This document shows, in pieces, positions 38,046 through 48,419 of a DNA stretch of 64,000 nt. The notes beneath the pieces were generated by a model that saw nothing but the letters and a program-made list of their open reading frames with translations, ran no database searches and was not told the DNA's origin. Position 1 is the stretch's first letter. The number at the start of each line of letters is the position of its first letter. The DNA is from a virus: positions 40,455-104,454 of IMG/VR virus record IMGVR_UViG_3300032116_000057, one strand, 5' to 3'. The translations under genes and the position numbers were made by a program.

Positions 38046-38883
38046 AGTACTCCTTGCTTGGTACTACTTTTCCTAAACTTTCTTTTCCAGCATAATCTTT
38101 TGTAGCGTGGCTAGTAGATATGATTCCTCCGGAAGAGGCATTAGTGCCGGTCATTACTCGATCTACACGTACTCCGGTTTCTAATGAATCGTCAGAAAGA
38201 TTTGGAGTAAATCTAAAGCAAGTACCAACTTGTCGTTCTTCTTTTGTTAATCCATCTACGTATCTAAAGTATGGAGCTTTAGCTTTTTTATCCTGATAAA
38301 TTTTATCTTTAGATACAAAAAATACGGTGGTGTTTTCTGTTCTTAAAGCAAAACCGGTTTGCTTTGCAAGGCGTCTCATTATTTGCCAATCGGTTTGTCC
38401 AGCTTGGACAATAGATTCTCGTAGGCGGGGATGCCGTTGAGTTACGGCGGTCATGCCCCTTTTCTTAGCAATTTTTGTTATCACCTGATCAGCCGTTACT
38501 TTTTTAAATACAACTTGATCACTGTCTTTTAGCACTGCTGATGCAGATACGCACCATATCTCAGTAACGTGTGCTTTTACTGTTGACACCGGGTTTATTT
38601 GATAGACGTATCCTTGGAATGTAGAGTTTGTTCCTGCGCTATCATATTTAAACTCTACTGGATCAGAAGATACAATGCTGATGTTATCGGCTTCAGACTT
38701 ACCTTTAAAGGTAAGAACTAAGATATCGTGTGCTTCTTGTTCTTGATAAAGATCTGCGCTTATAAGTATTAGGTCAAGCTCTGGAGTCTTTGGAAATTTT
38801 ACAGAGAAATCTGAAAGCCAAGGAGAAGCCGAGGACTCAAATTGAAAGACCTCTGAAGCCGTGGATAGGTTATCTATTGACAT
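38032..38883 (-). CDS. baseplate hub, N-terminal part (gpD/gp27-like)
   Basis: FQGYV, TADQVITKIA, QAGQTDWQIMRRLA; start refined to ATG 38883. Confidence 0.8.
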   Translation of the reverse strand: MSIDNLSTASEVFQFESSASPWLSDFSVKFPKTPELDLILISADLYQEQEAHDILVLTFKGKSEADNISIVSSDPVEFKYDSAGTNSTFQGYVYQINPVSTVKAHVTEIWCVSASAVLKDSDQVVFKKVTADQVITKIAKKRGMTAVTQRHPRLRESIVQAGQTDWQIMRRLAKQTGFALRTENTTVFFVSKDKIYQDKKAKAPYFRYVDGLTKEERQVGTCFRFTPNLSDDSLETGVRVDRVMTGTNASSGGIISTSHATKDYAGKESLGKVVPSKEYFDAI

Positions 38884-39160
38884 ACGGGATCCTAATAACG
38901 GTTCCTGGCTCAATATCAAACGGGTCTGTTATTGTCGGGTTTATCTCCAGTATCTTCCACCACAGCACCGAGTTAAGCAGATGCTTATCGGCTAAGGCTC
39001 CTAGGCTATCTCCAAACACCCAGGTGTAATCAAAGAAACTAATGTTACCTAGCTCTTCAAACTCTCTGTAAACAGCAATGTCATAGTTGCCTGTAGATTT
39101 ATTTTCAAGCTGAGCTAAAGGCCCAGTAAAGTATCTAGAACGACGCGTTATGTTACTCAT
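38870..39160 (-). CDS. LysM / tail X-like baseplate protein
   Basis: GDSLGALA..LWWKILEINP..PGTVIRIP. Confidence 0.85.
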   Translation of the reverse strand: MSNITRRSRYFTGPLAQLENKSTGNYDIAVYREFEELGNISFFDYTWVFGDSLGALADKHLLNSVLWWKILEINPTITDPFDIEPGTVIRIPYVNR

Positions 39161-41010
39161 TGACTTGGCTGCTCACCTTCTTTTTCAACGTTAGCAGTGC
39201 GTACCTTCTTCTTCTTATCAGACCAGGCTTGTTGTACTTTCTCGTCTGTATCGCTAATAACTGGGTACCTAATAAACTGAAGGTCTACAATAGAAAACAT
39301 AGGGATCATTTGTTCGCTAAATATAACGTGGTTTACGTTTAAAGACGCAAGCGATACCTTGTACCTCATATTAGGGTGGATTTTTAACCATACCGGAGTT
39401 CCAGTTATATAACCAAAGTCAGCAGTTTTAGGTTTTGAACCACCCTCGCTATAGCTTAGTAAAGTTCCAGAGCTTTCTTTTGGATCGCCGTTTACTACTC
39501 TATATAAAAACTCTAGATCATACTCGGTGCCTCTATGTAGAATTCCTTCAACTTCTTGCGCAGTTAACCCTCTAGGATAGTTTTTTGAGTAGGGTTGATT
39601 CTTACCCTTTAATGGAGCAAGCTCAGTCATGTCTACTACTCGGTTTAGGTATAGCTGAACACTCACGCTAAAGCTTCCACCAATATAGTTGGCTGGATCG
39701 TGTGTTGCCAATATCCAGTCAATAGAGGTATCCATTTGAGTACCATAAGAGACGTAGGTAGGGTTGTATATAAACCTAAATCCCCAAGGTTTTTTTGTAT
39801 CCGCATTTAATGCTTTAGCTGTTTGCGTATCTTGAAAGAGCATTCCTAAGACACCTTTTTCTGAAGTCTCTTCATATAAAAGATCCTTTTTACCTGGAAC
39901 AACAAAACTTGCTCTACGAGTTGTTTTAGTATCTTTTAGGTATTGATCTTTTATTTTTGCCCAGTGGGACGGACTTCTAGTGTAAAAATGGTTGGGGGGA
40001 TTAGTCCTAGAGTAGTCTTTAAAATCTTCTGGTCTTCCCCTATCAAAATCAGGTTCTTCTGAAGGTCCACCATCTTCAGCTTCTTTACAGGTGTTGTTCC
40101 TAATTTCAGTTAATCTTGTTCTTGCCACTCTTCCGTGGTCTACCCCGTCGGGTCCAGGCACTCCCACCCTACTGTCATAGCCAATATAAATAGTTTGCAC
40201 ATTTTGTTTTAATACTGCGGGGCTCATATTGTCAGCATCTAGGGGGTAATATCGTAAAGACCAATTTACAGCGTTTGGTTTGATATCCAATTCTTTAATT
40301 ACAGCAGCCCATCGATTGGGGGTAGAGCACCTATCTAATGCAATTAGTTCTTCCTGGTACGCCTCTTGTTTTACAATTTTTGGTATAGATGTGGTTTTGG
40401 ATATAGCGTTAGTAAAACTTATGCCAGTAACATATGTACTACTGTGGGGAAGAACTTCTCTATCTTCGTTTGAATTGTTTTCATTTCCATTTTTCTTTAG
40501 TTTTACATAAATATCTGGTTGAAGAAACACATTTGATTTTTTCGCTCTTACGGTAAATACAAAAAGTCTTTTTGTTGTTTCTGCGTCTGTAGTTACACCA
40601 CTGCTGCTTACGCTGTAGCCTGGGTCAGTGTAGTAAGGGAAATCACCAACAGTTTTTCTTTTAAATAATTTTTCGTGCTTTCTCCACTCAACTTCGCTAA
40701 TTTCAAAGTTTGCTGCTTGGGCATTCCTATAAGAGTCTAAAACATATACCTCTAGATCATCGTCTCTGGTTAAAGGGGTTGCAGGACTTGTGGGATTAAG
40801 TTGAAAAGCGTTTTGTTTCCAAACCCTCACTACATAGTAAATAGTATTGCCTTTGTACACGCTTTTATTATCTGTGTTGACTGGGACTGCAACGGCAGTT
40901 TGACCCCCAGCCTCATAGCAATCTACGGTCCAAAAGTATGCTGGATACCCAGCTTGATATACAGAGTTTGCATCCTGTACGGAAGAAAGGTTCTTATATG
41001 TCCAAGCCAT
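39157..41010 (-). CDS. tail tube initiator-like baseplate protein with N-terminal extension
   Basis: GFRFIYNPTYV and a tube-like C-terminus; lies between tape measure and LysM genes. Confidence 0.55.
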   Translation of the reverse strand: MAWTYKNLSSVQDANSVYQAGYPAYFWTVDCYEAGGQTAVAVPVNTDNKSVYKGNTIYYVVRVWKQNAFQLNPTSPATPLTRDDDLEVYVLDSYRNAQAANFEISEVEWRKHEKLFKRKTVGDFPYYTDPGYSVSSSGVTTDAETTKRLFVFTVRAKKSNVFLQPDIYVKLKKNGNENNSNEDREVLPHSSTYVTGISFTNAISKTTSIPKIVKQEAYQEELIALDRCSTPNRWAAVIKELDIKPNAVNWSLRYYPLDADNMSPAVLKQNVQTIYIGYDSRVGVPGPDGVDHGRVARTRLTEIRNNTCKEAEDGGPSEEPDFDRGRPEDFKDYSRTNPPNHFYTRSPSHWAKIKDQYLKDTKTTRRASFVVPGKKDLLYEETSEKGVLGMLFQDTQTAKALNADTKKPWGFRFIYNPTYVSYGTQMDTSIDWILATHDPANYIGGSFSVSVQLYLNRVVDMTELAPLKGKNQPYSKNYPRGLTAQEVEGILHRGTEYDLEFLYRVVNGDPKESSGTLLSYSEGGSKPKTADFGYITGTPVWLKIHPNMRYKVSLASLNVNHVIFSEQMIPMFSIVDLQFIRYPVISDTDEKVQQAWSDKKKKVRTANVEKEGEQPSQ

Positions 41011-44000
41011 TAGTTAACTCCCAGTCCATTCACCTTAAACTCATCATTGATAGCCTTCTTTAAGCTAGAAGCAACTCTGGTAATCTCTGCACTACCTAAC
41101 TTATCTACCTTAAGCTGTAAGTCTACCTTTACGTTTATTGTTTGATTACTAGTCACTGATCCAGATATAGATCCAGATCTTCTGTATCCCGCTGCACCTG
41201 TAGTTTCCATAGCCATGCCAGCAGTTGCAGGGTTGTCTCCACCTATACCTGCTTGTTCTCTAGCCATAACTGCATCATCTAAGAACTTGGTATAGTCACC
41301 TGTATTGTGGGATACCCACCTAATCCAGTTTCTTCCTTTGTTCGTCATGTGATATGCAACTTTGGCATTAGTTGTGGGATTTAAAAGATCACCAAGCCCT
41401 TTTAATTTAAACTTGGTACCGTGATAGTTCCACTCTTTCTTTATTCTATCGTCATAGTTTTTGCCATCCATATTGATCTGGAATAGGCCATAATCCTTAC
41501 TACGCTTATTGATAGTTCCAGAATTACCACCAGATTCTGCCAATGCAACAGCAAACGCAGTATCTAAAGCTTTTCCTCTAAAACCAATATTGTGTAAGAA
41601 CTGAATTAGTCCTTTTCTACTTCCCCCAACCATGGACCCACTGTCACCAGACACTTTATCTATGGTGTTGTTTAAGAAATGTTTCCCACCAGATTTTCCA
41701 AATCTTATGCCTTGTTCAATATCATCTGCTGGAAACTCTCTTTGGAAATCAGCAAAGTTTACTGGGGCTCCAGACATCATAGAGCTGCTTAAAGACTCAC
41801 TTAATGGCACGCTGCTTAGGTTAGACAGCGTTCCTTCAAAACGCAGCCCCTCTCCAGAGTTACGAATAGTTTTGCTTTTAATGTCTTCTTTTTCTTTACC
41901 TATTCCTAGAAATCCCTTTACAGCACCAAAGATGTTGCTTACAGCGCTCTTAACACTACTTACTAATTTACCAAAGAAACTCTTAGGGTTTACTCGCCCT
42001 TGTGCTCCAACTCCGCCAGGATCTCTAAGCTCAAAGTGAAGGTGAGGACCTGTAGAAGTACCTGCTCCAGGGGCACCCCTCTTACCACCAGACTTTGCGA
42101 TTACATCGCCTTTGTTTACTTGCTGCCCAACCTTTACTAAAATTTGGCTTAAGTGTCCGTAAAGAGTGCTCTTTTTTCCGTGATTTAGAATTATGTAGTA
42201 TCCGTATTGCCTATGTGTTCCGGCATGTGTAACCGTACCGTTAGCTGCTGCAACAATTGGAGTACCTACTTGTACACCGTAGTCAATACCCCTGTGGTAT
42301 GCAGAAATTTGTGGGTTCTTTGAGTTATCTCGAGGACCGTAATGAGAAGTAACTCTAGTACCTGCCGGGACAGGCATACCAAATATTTGACCTTTAGTGT
42401 CTTGATTGCCCGGACCCTTACCTGTTGTAAATCCTTTTTGTGGAGCAGACATAGATCCGGCAGGCATATTCTGCATACTTGTGCTGTTGTCTCCACCAAC
42501 ACCACACTTATGTGGCCCAACATTTCCGTGAGTGCAGTCGCCACCTTGTCCGTAAGGATTTGCTATTGATCCCACTCCACCAGCCACAGTTCCTGCAACT
42601 GCTCCAGGTATACCGCCAGCAGCTAAACCAGTTAACGCACCCTGGCCTAAATCAAACATAAAGTTACCGCCAGCACGAAGCCAGCCAGGACCCACCTGCA
42701 TCCTCTTTTGTAAAAACTCCATGCCTTGATATACGCCAAGTGCAAGTCCAGCTCTTCCTAATCCTTTTACAAAAGGACTTTTAAATCCGCCCTTAAATAA
42801 ACCTTTTGCTTTTGCTAAGTATCCTGCTGCACCGGTAGCTCCTGCTGCTGCAGCTGCACCACCAGCAGTAACGCCTCCCGTAGCTGCTGCAGCACCGGCA
42901 GTTCCCGCTGCATAAAGTCCACGCATCTTAGAAAGCATGTACATATTCATTCCTACACTTGCTGCAGTACCGGCTACACCAGTTAGAGTAGCTCCGGTAT
43001 TTCCTGCTGCAGGTAATGTTTGGAGTACGCCACGTAGTGTTCCCAATGCATTTGCAACGCCTGCAGCCTCTTCTGCTAGCTTGCTAAAACCATCGTTAAC
43101 CGCAGCTGTTGTTCTCATAGCTACGTTGTATCCGCCTACTAAACCTTTTTCTGTAGCCTGTAGCTTACGAGCTTCGCTAGTGTTGTAGCGGAAGTTAGTT
43201 CGCATAGGGCTTTCTTGACCAACACCCAAAAGATCTAGTGCTCGGTTTGACCCTTTAAGGTCTTCTTTTTTTAGAGGGCTGTCTTTCTTTGCACGAGCAA
43301 TGATTCCCATTTGGATAATTCCAGCAAGGTTTTGATCTCCACCAGCAATAGCTTGAATAGTTGCATAGCCTTTAGATCCTGGATTAAGAACTAAAGCGGC
43401 TTGTTCTGGAGTTACTTTTCGCCCACCGTATAAAAATCTATACGTGTCGTTAATAATTGCATTAGGTGGTCGTAAGTTTCCTTTAGTATCACGAGCTTGA
43501 ACACCTATGCGAAGGAACCGCATAGCATTTATGCCGGCTAATCCTTGCGCCATCTGTTCGTTGGTGCCGCCAGTTAATGCACTTAAGCCACCAACTTGTG
43601 GCATAACATTTCTAAAGGTGCCGCTATTAGCTGTATAGCCACCACTGTACATAAGGGACATGGCCGCCATGGTTGGACCCATAGCGCTAGTTGCTCCGCC
43701 ACCTACCGCATTGTTAGATCTTAATATTACTTGACGAGAATTAAGACCACTAATACCTGCTACAGCATCTGCACCTAAACGTTGTGTAACAGCAGCGCTT
43801 GTGTTTGGCATCATGCCCATACCAATAGCGCCTACAGCTGCAGTTCCTAGCCCTACCCTACCTGCAATAGTTGCTGCCCGTGAAGCTCCAAACGTGGGCA
43901 TAGCACCCAAAGAGCTAGACATTCCCGAGGATGATTTACCGCCATTGGCGGCTTCCATATTTTTCTTTATCTTCTCGGTAACTTTTTCAACTTCTTTAAA

Positions 44001-44129
44001 GACCTTAAGCATTTGCTTTTGGCCTTTGTCCATCTTTGTAAATAGTTTATCGACACCAGAAGTCATCCCGCCAACGATATTATCGTCGCCAGCAGGCATC
44101 AAGTTTTCATAACTTGCCAATGCTTCCAC
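41010..44129 (-). CDS. tape measure protein with M23 peptidase and lytic transglycosylase domains
   Basis: Ala/Gly-rich body; HRGID..STGPHLHFE (M23); AVALAESGG..DYGLFQIN (SLT). Confidence 0.85.
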   Translation of the reverse strand: MEALASYENLMPAGDDNIVGGMTSGVDKLFTKMDKGQKQMLKVFKEVEKVTEKIKKNMEAANGGKSSSGMSSSLGAMPTFGASRAATIAGRVGLGTAAVGAIGMGMMPNTSAAVTQRLGADAVAGISGLNSRQVILRSNNAVGGGATSAMGPTMAAMSLMYSGGYTANSGTFRNVMPQVGGLSALTGGTNEQMAQGLAGINAMRFLRIGVQARDTKGNLRPPNAIINDTYRFLYGGRKVTPEQAALVLNPGSKGYATIQAIAGGDQNLAGIIQMGIIARAKKDSPLKKEDLKGSNRALDLLGVGQESPMRTNFRYNTSEARKLQATEKGLVGGYNVAMRTTAAVNDGFSKLAEEAAGVANALGTLRGVLQTLPAAGNTGATLTGVAGTAASVGMNMYMLSKMRGLYAAGTAGAAAATGGVTAGGAAAAAGATGAAGYLAKAKGLFKGGFKSPFVKGLGRAGLALGVYQGMEFLQKRMQVGPGWLRAGGNFMFDLGQGALTGLAAGGIPGAVAGTVAGGVGSIANPYGQGGDCTHGNVGPHKCGVGGDNSTSMQNMPAGSMSAPQKGFTTGKGPGNQDTKGQIFGMPVPAGTRVTSHYGPRDNSKNPQISAYHRGIDYGVQVGTPIVAAANGTVTHAGTHRQYGYYIILNHGKKSTLYGHLSQILVKVGQQVNKGDVIAKSGGKRGAPGAGTSTGPHLHFELRDPGGVGAQGRVNPKSFFGKLVSSVKSAVSNIFGAVKGFLGIGKEKEDIKSKTIRNSGEGLRFEGTLSNLSSVPLSESLSSSMMSGAPVNFADFQREFPADDIEQGIRFGKSGGKHFLNNTIDKVSGDSGSMVGGSRKGLIQFLHNIGFRGKALDTAFAVALAESGGNSGTINKRSKDYGLFQINMDGKNYDDRIKKEWNYHGTKFKLKGLGDLLNPTTNAKVAYHMTNKGRNWIRWVSHNTGDYTKFLDDAVMAREQAGIGGDNPATAGMAMETTGAAGYRRSGSISGSVTSNQTINVKVDLQLKVDKLGSAEITRVASSLKKAINDEFKVNGLGVN

Positions 44130-44277
44130 CCCTAGGTCTACTAATTGCTCTGTCCAACCAGATCATACGTTCTCGCAAGCTAAGCCCTTTTAACTCTGTC
44201 AAAGACCACCCAGGATAAAACTGTGCTAGGTAATCTAATGAAATAATTAAATTTTCGTAGCTAAGCTCTTTACTGAA
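44107..44277 (-). CDS. tail assembly chaperone extension (gpGT-like second frame, reached by +1 frameshift)
   Basis: Open +1 frame FSKELSYENLIISLDYLAQFYPGWSLTELKGLSLRERMIWL... with no suitable upstream start codon. Confidence 0.6.
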   Translation of the reverse strand, partial: FSKELSYENLIISLDYLAQFYPGWSLTELKGLSLRERMIWLDRAISRPRGGSIGKL

Positions 44278-45088
44278 ACAAGTCCGCTAAAGTTAGCGGA
44301 AGCGATACCTCCTGACCGCAAGTTGGACATTCTTTCTTGATTTGTTGAAGTTGTGGGCCGGGGTTGCGTTCTGATATAGCGTTTAGGATTGCTCTACGAT
44401 CTGAGACGCTCATCTTAAGGACAGTACTTGAATCTAAGATGGGATTGCCGTTGATCTCTAGAACACAGCTCTTTAATACTATGGAGTCCAATTCTGGAGC
44501 TGTTTTATTTGTTGCTGTTACTAGTTGCTTTTGTACTACACCGTTTGGAAGCTTTACTTTAACGTCCCCAATTTTACATTTTACTGTAAATACTGGATCG
44601 TTTTCTAACTTCTTCATCGGCACATCTTTATCTAAATCAATTGTAATGCTTTTTGTATCTTCACACTTAGAACAGATTTGGCCTTCTATAGCTACTTCTG
44701 ATCCAAAAGTAAGTTTTCTAATCTCTAACAACAGAAGTTCTCTGTCTCCAGCCAACATAGTATCTAAAAGATCCCTGTCTACTGGCGAATCATTTAGCTT
44801 AACAACAGCACGTTCTAGTATTGTCATTAAACCTTTTGATATATCTGAGATTCTTGCGATAGCTTCCTCGTCCGCTCCTGTAAGTTCTCTTACCTCAGCT
44901 GTTGAAATAAATTCACCAAACGGAACTTGTAACCCCGCTAACAAAGTTACTTGTGGATCAGAAGGCGGTTTGATTGGAGATTCCTCTCGAACCGCCTCCT
45001 GAGGCACAGACTTAAGTGCTTTTTCGGTTAGTTGATTTACCAAAGCGGGATTATCTACCGCGCTTATGGTTGTCGTATCAGTAGTCAT
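44270..45088 (-). CDS. tail assembly chaperone (T4 gp26/gp51-like)
   Basis: VRELTGADEE, GDRELLLLEIR..TFG, two CxxC; lies between tube and tape measure. Confidence 0.8.
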   Translation of the reverse strand: MTTDTTTISAVDNPALVNQLTEKALKSVPQEAVREESPIKPPSDPQVTLLAGLQVPFGEFISTAEVRELTGADEEAIARISDISKGLMTILERAVVKLNDSPVDRDLLDTMLAGDRELLLLEIRKLTFGSEVAIEGQICSKCEDTKSITIDLDKDVPMKKLENDPVFTVKCKIGDVKVKLPNGVVQKQLVTATNKTAPELDSIVLKSCVLEINGNPILDSSTVLKMSVSDRRAILNAISERNPGPQLQQIKKECPTCGQEVSLPLTLADLFQ

Positions 45089-45107
45089 TTAGTTTTCCTT
45101 ATCTAAT

Positions 45108-45734
45108 TTAGAGACTTAGTTTTGCTGCTGATCCTGCTGTAGTCAATCCAGTAGCAAATGAAACATCAAAACCTTCATGGACTAGAGTCATTTCTTCTAC
45201 CATGAGGGTATTGCCACCCGCATCAAGATTGCTGTATCCAATGTTGGTAATCCAAGCATTGTACACCTTAAATCTCATAGAGGTGTGAAGGTCAGTGTCA
45301 TACTGACTTCCATTTGATGTGTCATCGCTTCCGGTTAGTGCTTTTGGATTTGGATGACTTAGTACTTGAATATCTATGTCGCAGCGGAACTCAGCTCCTA
45401 CCCCACTCTGAGCAGTTCCCGTGGAGATAGCGAATAGTCGCTTCATCCATAGGGCATGCTCCTTCTGTCCAAAGGTGATGCCTTTAGAAAGAGTAATTGG
45501 AGTAAATGAGCTTTGACCTGGTAACTGATGGAAGTTGGTATTGAATCCACCTTCGCGGTAAGCGATGCTTTCAGTAGAGACAGTTAATCCGGAAACAGAA
45601 ACAAAACCCATCTTTCCGAACTTATCTCCCCAACCAGTGTCTACCGTACCTACTGGATCAAAAGATACCAAGAATCGAAAATTGCGAAATTGATCTGTAG
45701 CAATTTGACTCAGTGTATTTTGTGGATTTGACAT
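45108..45734 (-). CDS. tail tube protein (gp19-like)
   Basis: GFVSVSGL..YREGG..LPG..ITLSKG..FKVYNAW..EEMTLVHEG. Confidence 0.92.
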   Translation of the reverse strand: MSNPQNTLSQIATDQFRNFRFLVSFDPVGTVDTGWGDKFGKMGFVSVSGLTVSTESIAYREGGFNTNFHQLPGQSSFTPITLSKGITFGQKEHALWMKRLFAISTGTAQSGVGAEFRCDIDIQVLSHPNPKALTGSDDTSNGSQYDTDLHTSMRFKVYNAWITNIGYSNLDAGGNTLMVEEMTLVHEGFDVSFATGLTTAGSAAKLSL

Positions 45735-45744
45735 GAGTTATCTC

Positions 45745-47277
45745 CTATGCATTTCCGGTTAGTTGGCTTAGCTTAATAACGATAAACTCAGCTGGATATT
45801 GCAACGCAACTCCAATTTCGATATTAACTATTCCATTTTGGATATCAGTAAAGGAGGTTGTTGAAGAGTCTACACGCACAAAGAATGCCTGTGCCGCAGT
45901 AGCTCCTCGTAAACCACCTGATTGCCAGAAGTTAAGAAGGAAACCACTCAGCGTAGTATTGAGACGTCTCCAAAGATTTGGATCGTTATTCTCAAACAAA
46001 GCAAACTGGCTTCTGTTCTCTAGTTCTTTCTTGATATAAATCAAAGAACGCTTTACGTTGATGTAGCGTTCATTTGAAGTATTGCGAAGTGTACGTCCAC
46101 CCATTGACACAATTCCTGCACCAGGAACCTGGCGGATTGCGTTGATAGGTTTAGTGCTATTGTTTAACGCATCGAGTTCTGCGTTAGTTAGCAAACGCTC
46201 TGTAGCAACTACGTTTGCTAAAGAATTGGTTAGGCCTGCTGGAGTCTTAAAGACACCACGAGAAGCATCAGTAGCAAGGTACTGACCAACCATAGCTGCA
46301 CCAGGAGCCTGTAGGCGGGTTGCGCCACCAGCAGCACGGAGGCTATCTGGAATTAAGGTCCATGGCCAGTAAGCGGCTGCAACTCCACCATCTGAATCTG
46401 GTGCTGCAGCAATTAGATCAGTCACATAAGTAGCGGCCTGTGCTCTTGTTTGAGCCTGTGGAATATCAACTACTGCAAAAGCGTCTCCGCGTAGTTCGCA
46501 GTAATTAACAAGATCTCCCTGTACGTTAAGGGAGAGGGTACGATCATCGTTACTTCCTGTTGGCAAGTAAATGTACGCTGCGTTAGGAATGTTAAAGACG
46601 AGTGGGTTTTGAATGGCATCAAAAGTTGCCAATCCATCTGAGTAATTAACTCTTGTTGGGGCAGATCCATTTGCACCTCCACTGAGGGCTTTTAAGCCAT
46701 CAGCTTCTGGCATATTATCTGGAGCAACAGATGCTGAGTTTAGATCATTAACCCGTACATATACAGAGCCAGAATTAACTACTGACTCTACAAATCTTGG
46801 ATCATTATCTACCAAACTTAGATCGGTAAACTGTTCTACAACAACGCCGCTTACAGATACAACAAGATTAAATCTATCATCTACTCCTGCGTCTGTTACT
46901 TCAACGGCAATGTTATTACCCCATGCACCTGCGTTTTCAGCTTCTACAGCGAGTGTGTTAAGACCCCCTGAAGCCCGGTCTGTTAAGATTACGCTAGCCT
47001 TTGCTGCACCGGTGCCAGTAATACGCTTTACGTAGAGCTGACGACCACCATTAGCAAAGAAGTTATATGCTGCCCAAGTTACTGGGTAAGTGTCATTTAA
47101 AGCACCAAAAATTTTGGTGAATGATGTCCAGGAGTTAAGCAATACTGGAGCTGTTGCAGGTCCCTTTTCTAGGGGACCAACAAATGCACCAGCCGCTGTT
47201 CCTACATCTCCAAGAGCTACCGATTCTGGAAGCGGTACCTCGTTGATAAAGACACCTGGTCTACTGTATGTAGCCAT
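45745..47277 (-). CDS. tail sheath protein
   Basis: RPGVFINE, FFANGG, GAWGN, RGVFKTPAG, GGRTL, RYINVKR, FENND, PAEFIVI. Confidence 0.95.
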   Translation of the reverse strand: MATYSRPGVFINEVPLPESVALGDVGTAAGAFVGPLEKGPATAPVLLNSWTSFTKIFGALNDTYPVTWAAYNFFANGGRQLYVKRITGTGAAKASVILTDRASGGLNTLAVEAENAGAWGNNIAVEVTDAGVDDRFNLVVSVSGVVVEQFTDLSLVDNDPRFVESVVNSGSVYVRVNDLNSASVAPDNMPEADGLKALSGGANGSAPTRVNYSDGLATFDAIQNPLVFNIPNAAYIYLPTGSNDDRTLSLNVQGDLVNYCELRGDAFAVVDIPQAQTRAQAATYVTDLIAAAPDSDGGVAAAYWPWTLIPDSLRAAGGATRLQAPGAAMVGQYLATDASRGVFKTPAGLTNSLANVVATERLLTNAELDALNNSTKPINAIRQVPGAGIVSMGGRTLRNTSNERYINVKRSLIYIKKELENRSQFALFENNDPNLWRRLNTTLSGFLLNFWQSGGLRGATAAQAFFVRVDSSTTSFTDIQNGIVNIEIGVALQYPAEFIVIKLSQLTGNA

Positions 47278-47324
47278 ATGTATTTCTCCTTGAGTTTAGG
47301 TTTATATTGTCTCGAGTTTCCATG

Positions 47325-47939
47325 TTATAGCGTTATTGTTTCGAATGGAGTGGCCGTGTATTGGATATCGATATTTGGATTTTGAGTGACCTTATAGACA
47401 TCTGCAAACTCTTTCTGGAAGAGCTCAGAGCTAATTCGGACAGTGTAAACATTTCTAAACAAGCGCTTGTCTTGTTCAGTCGTGTCTCTTTTGGCAAACC
47501 CGATAAGATCCAGACGACGAATGCTTCGATCTTCTGGGATTACTAGGCCGCCAAATCTAAATGGGATACGAGTTGGTTTAGTTAACTCGTATATAATCTG
47601 CCGGTCATGTCTTGGTTGACGAGCATATGTAGTAATTTGATAATCTAGATATACGGGAATAGGAAGACTTGACCTATATTCTTGCCCGTCCACAGTTCCT
47701 TCAGGACTATATTTATGTTCTCCGGGAGTGAAGTACCACTCGCCACGCATTTCTCTTTCAGAGTCAATAGTTACATTTATTAAATCTATAGTGATATACG
47801 GATAGGATTGAAATCTAATTTCTGGATCAGGCTGCCCAAACCATACGCCTACTGGACGTGCTGAGTTACCTGAGTCAGATACCGTGATTCCAGACAGGGC
47901 TGCCTTTAGCGCCTGGTCCTCATTTAAAATAAATGGCAT
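47325..47939 (-). CDS. tail terminator / completion protein
   Basis: YPYITIDL, LDYQITTYAR; directly upstream of sheath. Confidence 0.7.
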   Translation of the reverse strand: MPFILNEDQALKAALSGITVSDSGNSARPVGVWFGQPDPEIRFQSYPYITIDLINVTIDSEREMRGEWYFTPGEHKYSPEGTVDGQEYRSSLPIPVYLDYQITTYARQPRHDRQIIYELTKPTRIPFRFGGLVIPEDRSIRRLDLIGFAKRDTTEQDKRLFRNVYTVRISSELFQKEFADVYKVTQNPNIDIQYTATPFETITL

Positions 47940-48262
47940 TAGAACAGCCCACCCTTCTTTAATACTCTATCAAAGTATGCAGTCATCTCTGTATCTTTTA
48001 CTCCAGTCAAAAAATTACGAACTACTGGATTAGGTTGAGAATGCTCAGTACCGTATTCAGCATCCTCTACAGTTTGGGCATGCTTTGCTGGATAGGTAAC
48101 TTTGTAGCTTAGATCAGAAGGGACAACCGTTAGATGTCTAGAAGCGCCAGATGGCCAACCAGATTGGTAGGCTTTACGGCGTAGCTGTGCAGTAAGTTTC
48201 TTAGCTGCTTTCTGCTGACCCTGTTGAATATGCTTCGAGATGAAGTTACTTACGCTTGTCAC
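47939..48262 (-). CDS. neck/tail completion protein (HK97 gp10-like)
   Basis: AEYGT...P.PVVR motif. Confidence 0.6.
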   Translation of the reverse strand: MTSVSNFISKHIQQGQQKAAKKLTAQLRRKAYQSGWPSGASRHLTVVPSDLSYKVTYPAKHAQTVEDAEYGTEHSQPNPVVRNFLTGVKDTEMTAYFDRVLKKGGLF

Positions 48263-48419
48263 TTTTACCGAGTTTCGAGGAGAGTAGGTATCCTGCTACG
48301 AATCCCACCACTGCGGCCTTCTTCCCCTTTTCAGGAGTAGCGCCAACTAATCCTCGGACAAACTCTTGTTTATCAGCGTCTGTCTCGGCTTGCATCAATT
48401 TTCGTGCAAGATTAATCAT
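48246..48419 (-). CDS. small hypothetical protein
   Basis: ATG 48419 with GGAGG RBS; MINLARKLMQ... Confidence 0.6.
   Translation of the reverse strand: MINLARKLMQAETDADKQEFVRGLVGATPEKGKKAAVVGFVAGYLLSSKLGKSDKRK

Noticed and set aside
44364-45002. 212-aa plus-strand ORF, and similar ones such as 612-905, 41632-42039 and 53161-53613
   Set aside because: Antisense to well-supported genes; no independent evidence.
31507-47939. Extracellular contractile injection system / tailocin, since no capsid, portal or terminase is visible
   Set aside because: Contiguous phage replication, WhiB, lysis and connector genes indicate a phage; head genes probably lie outside the window.
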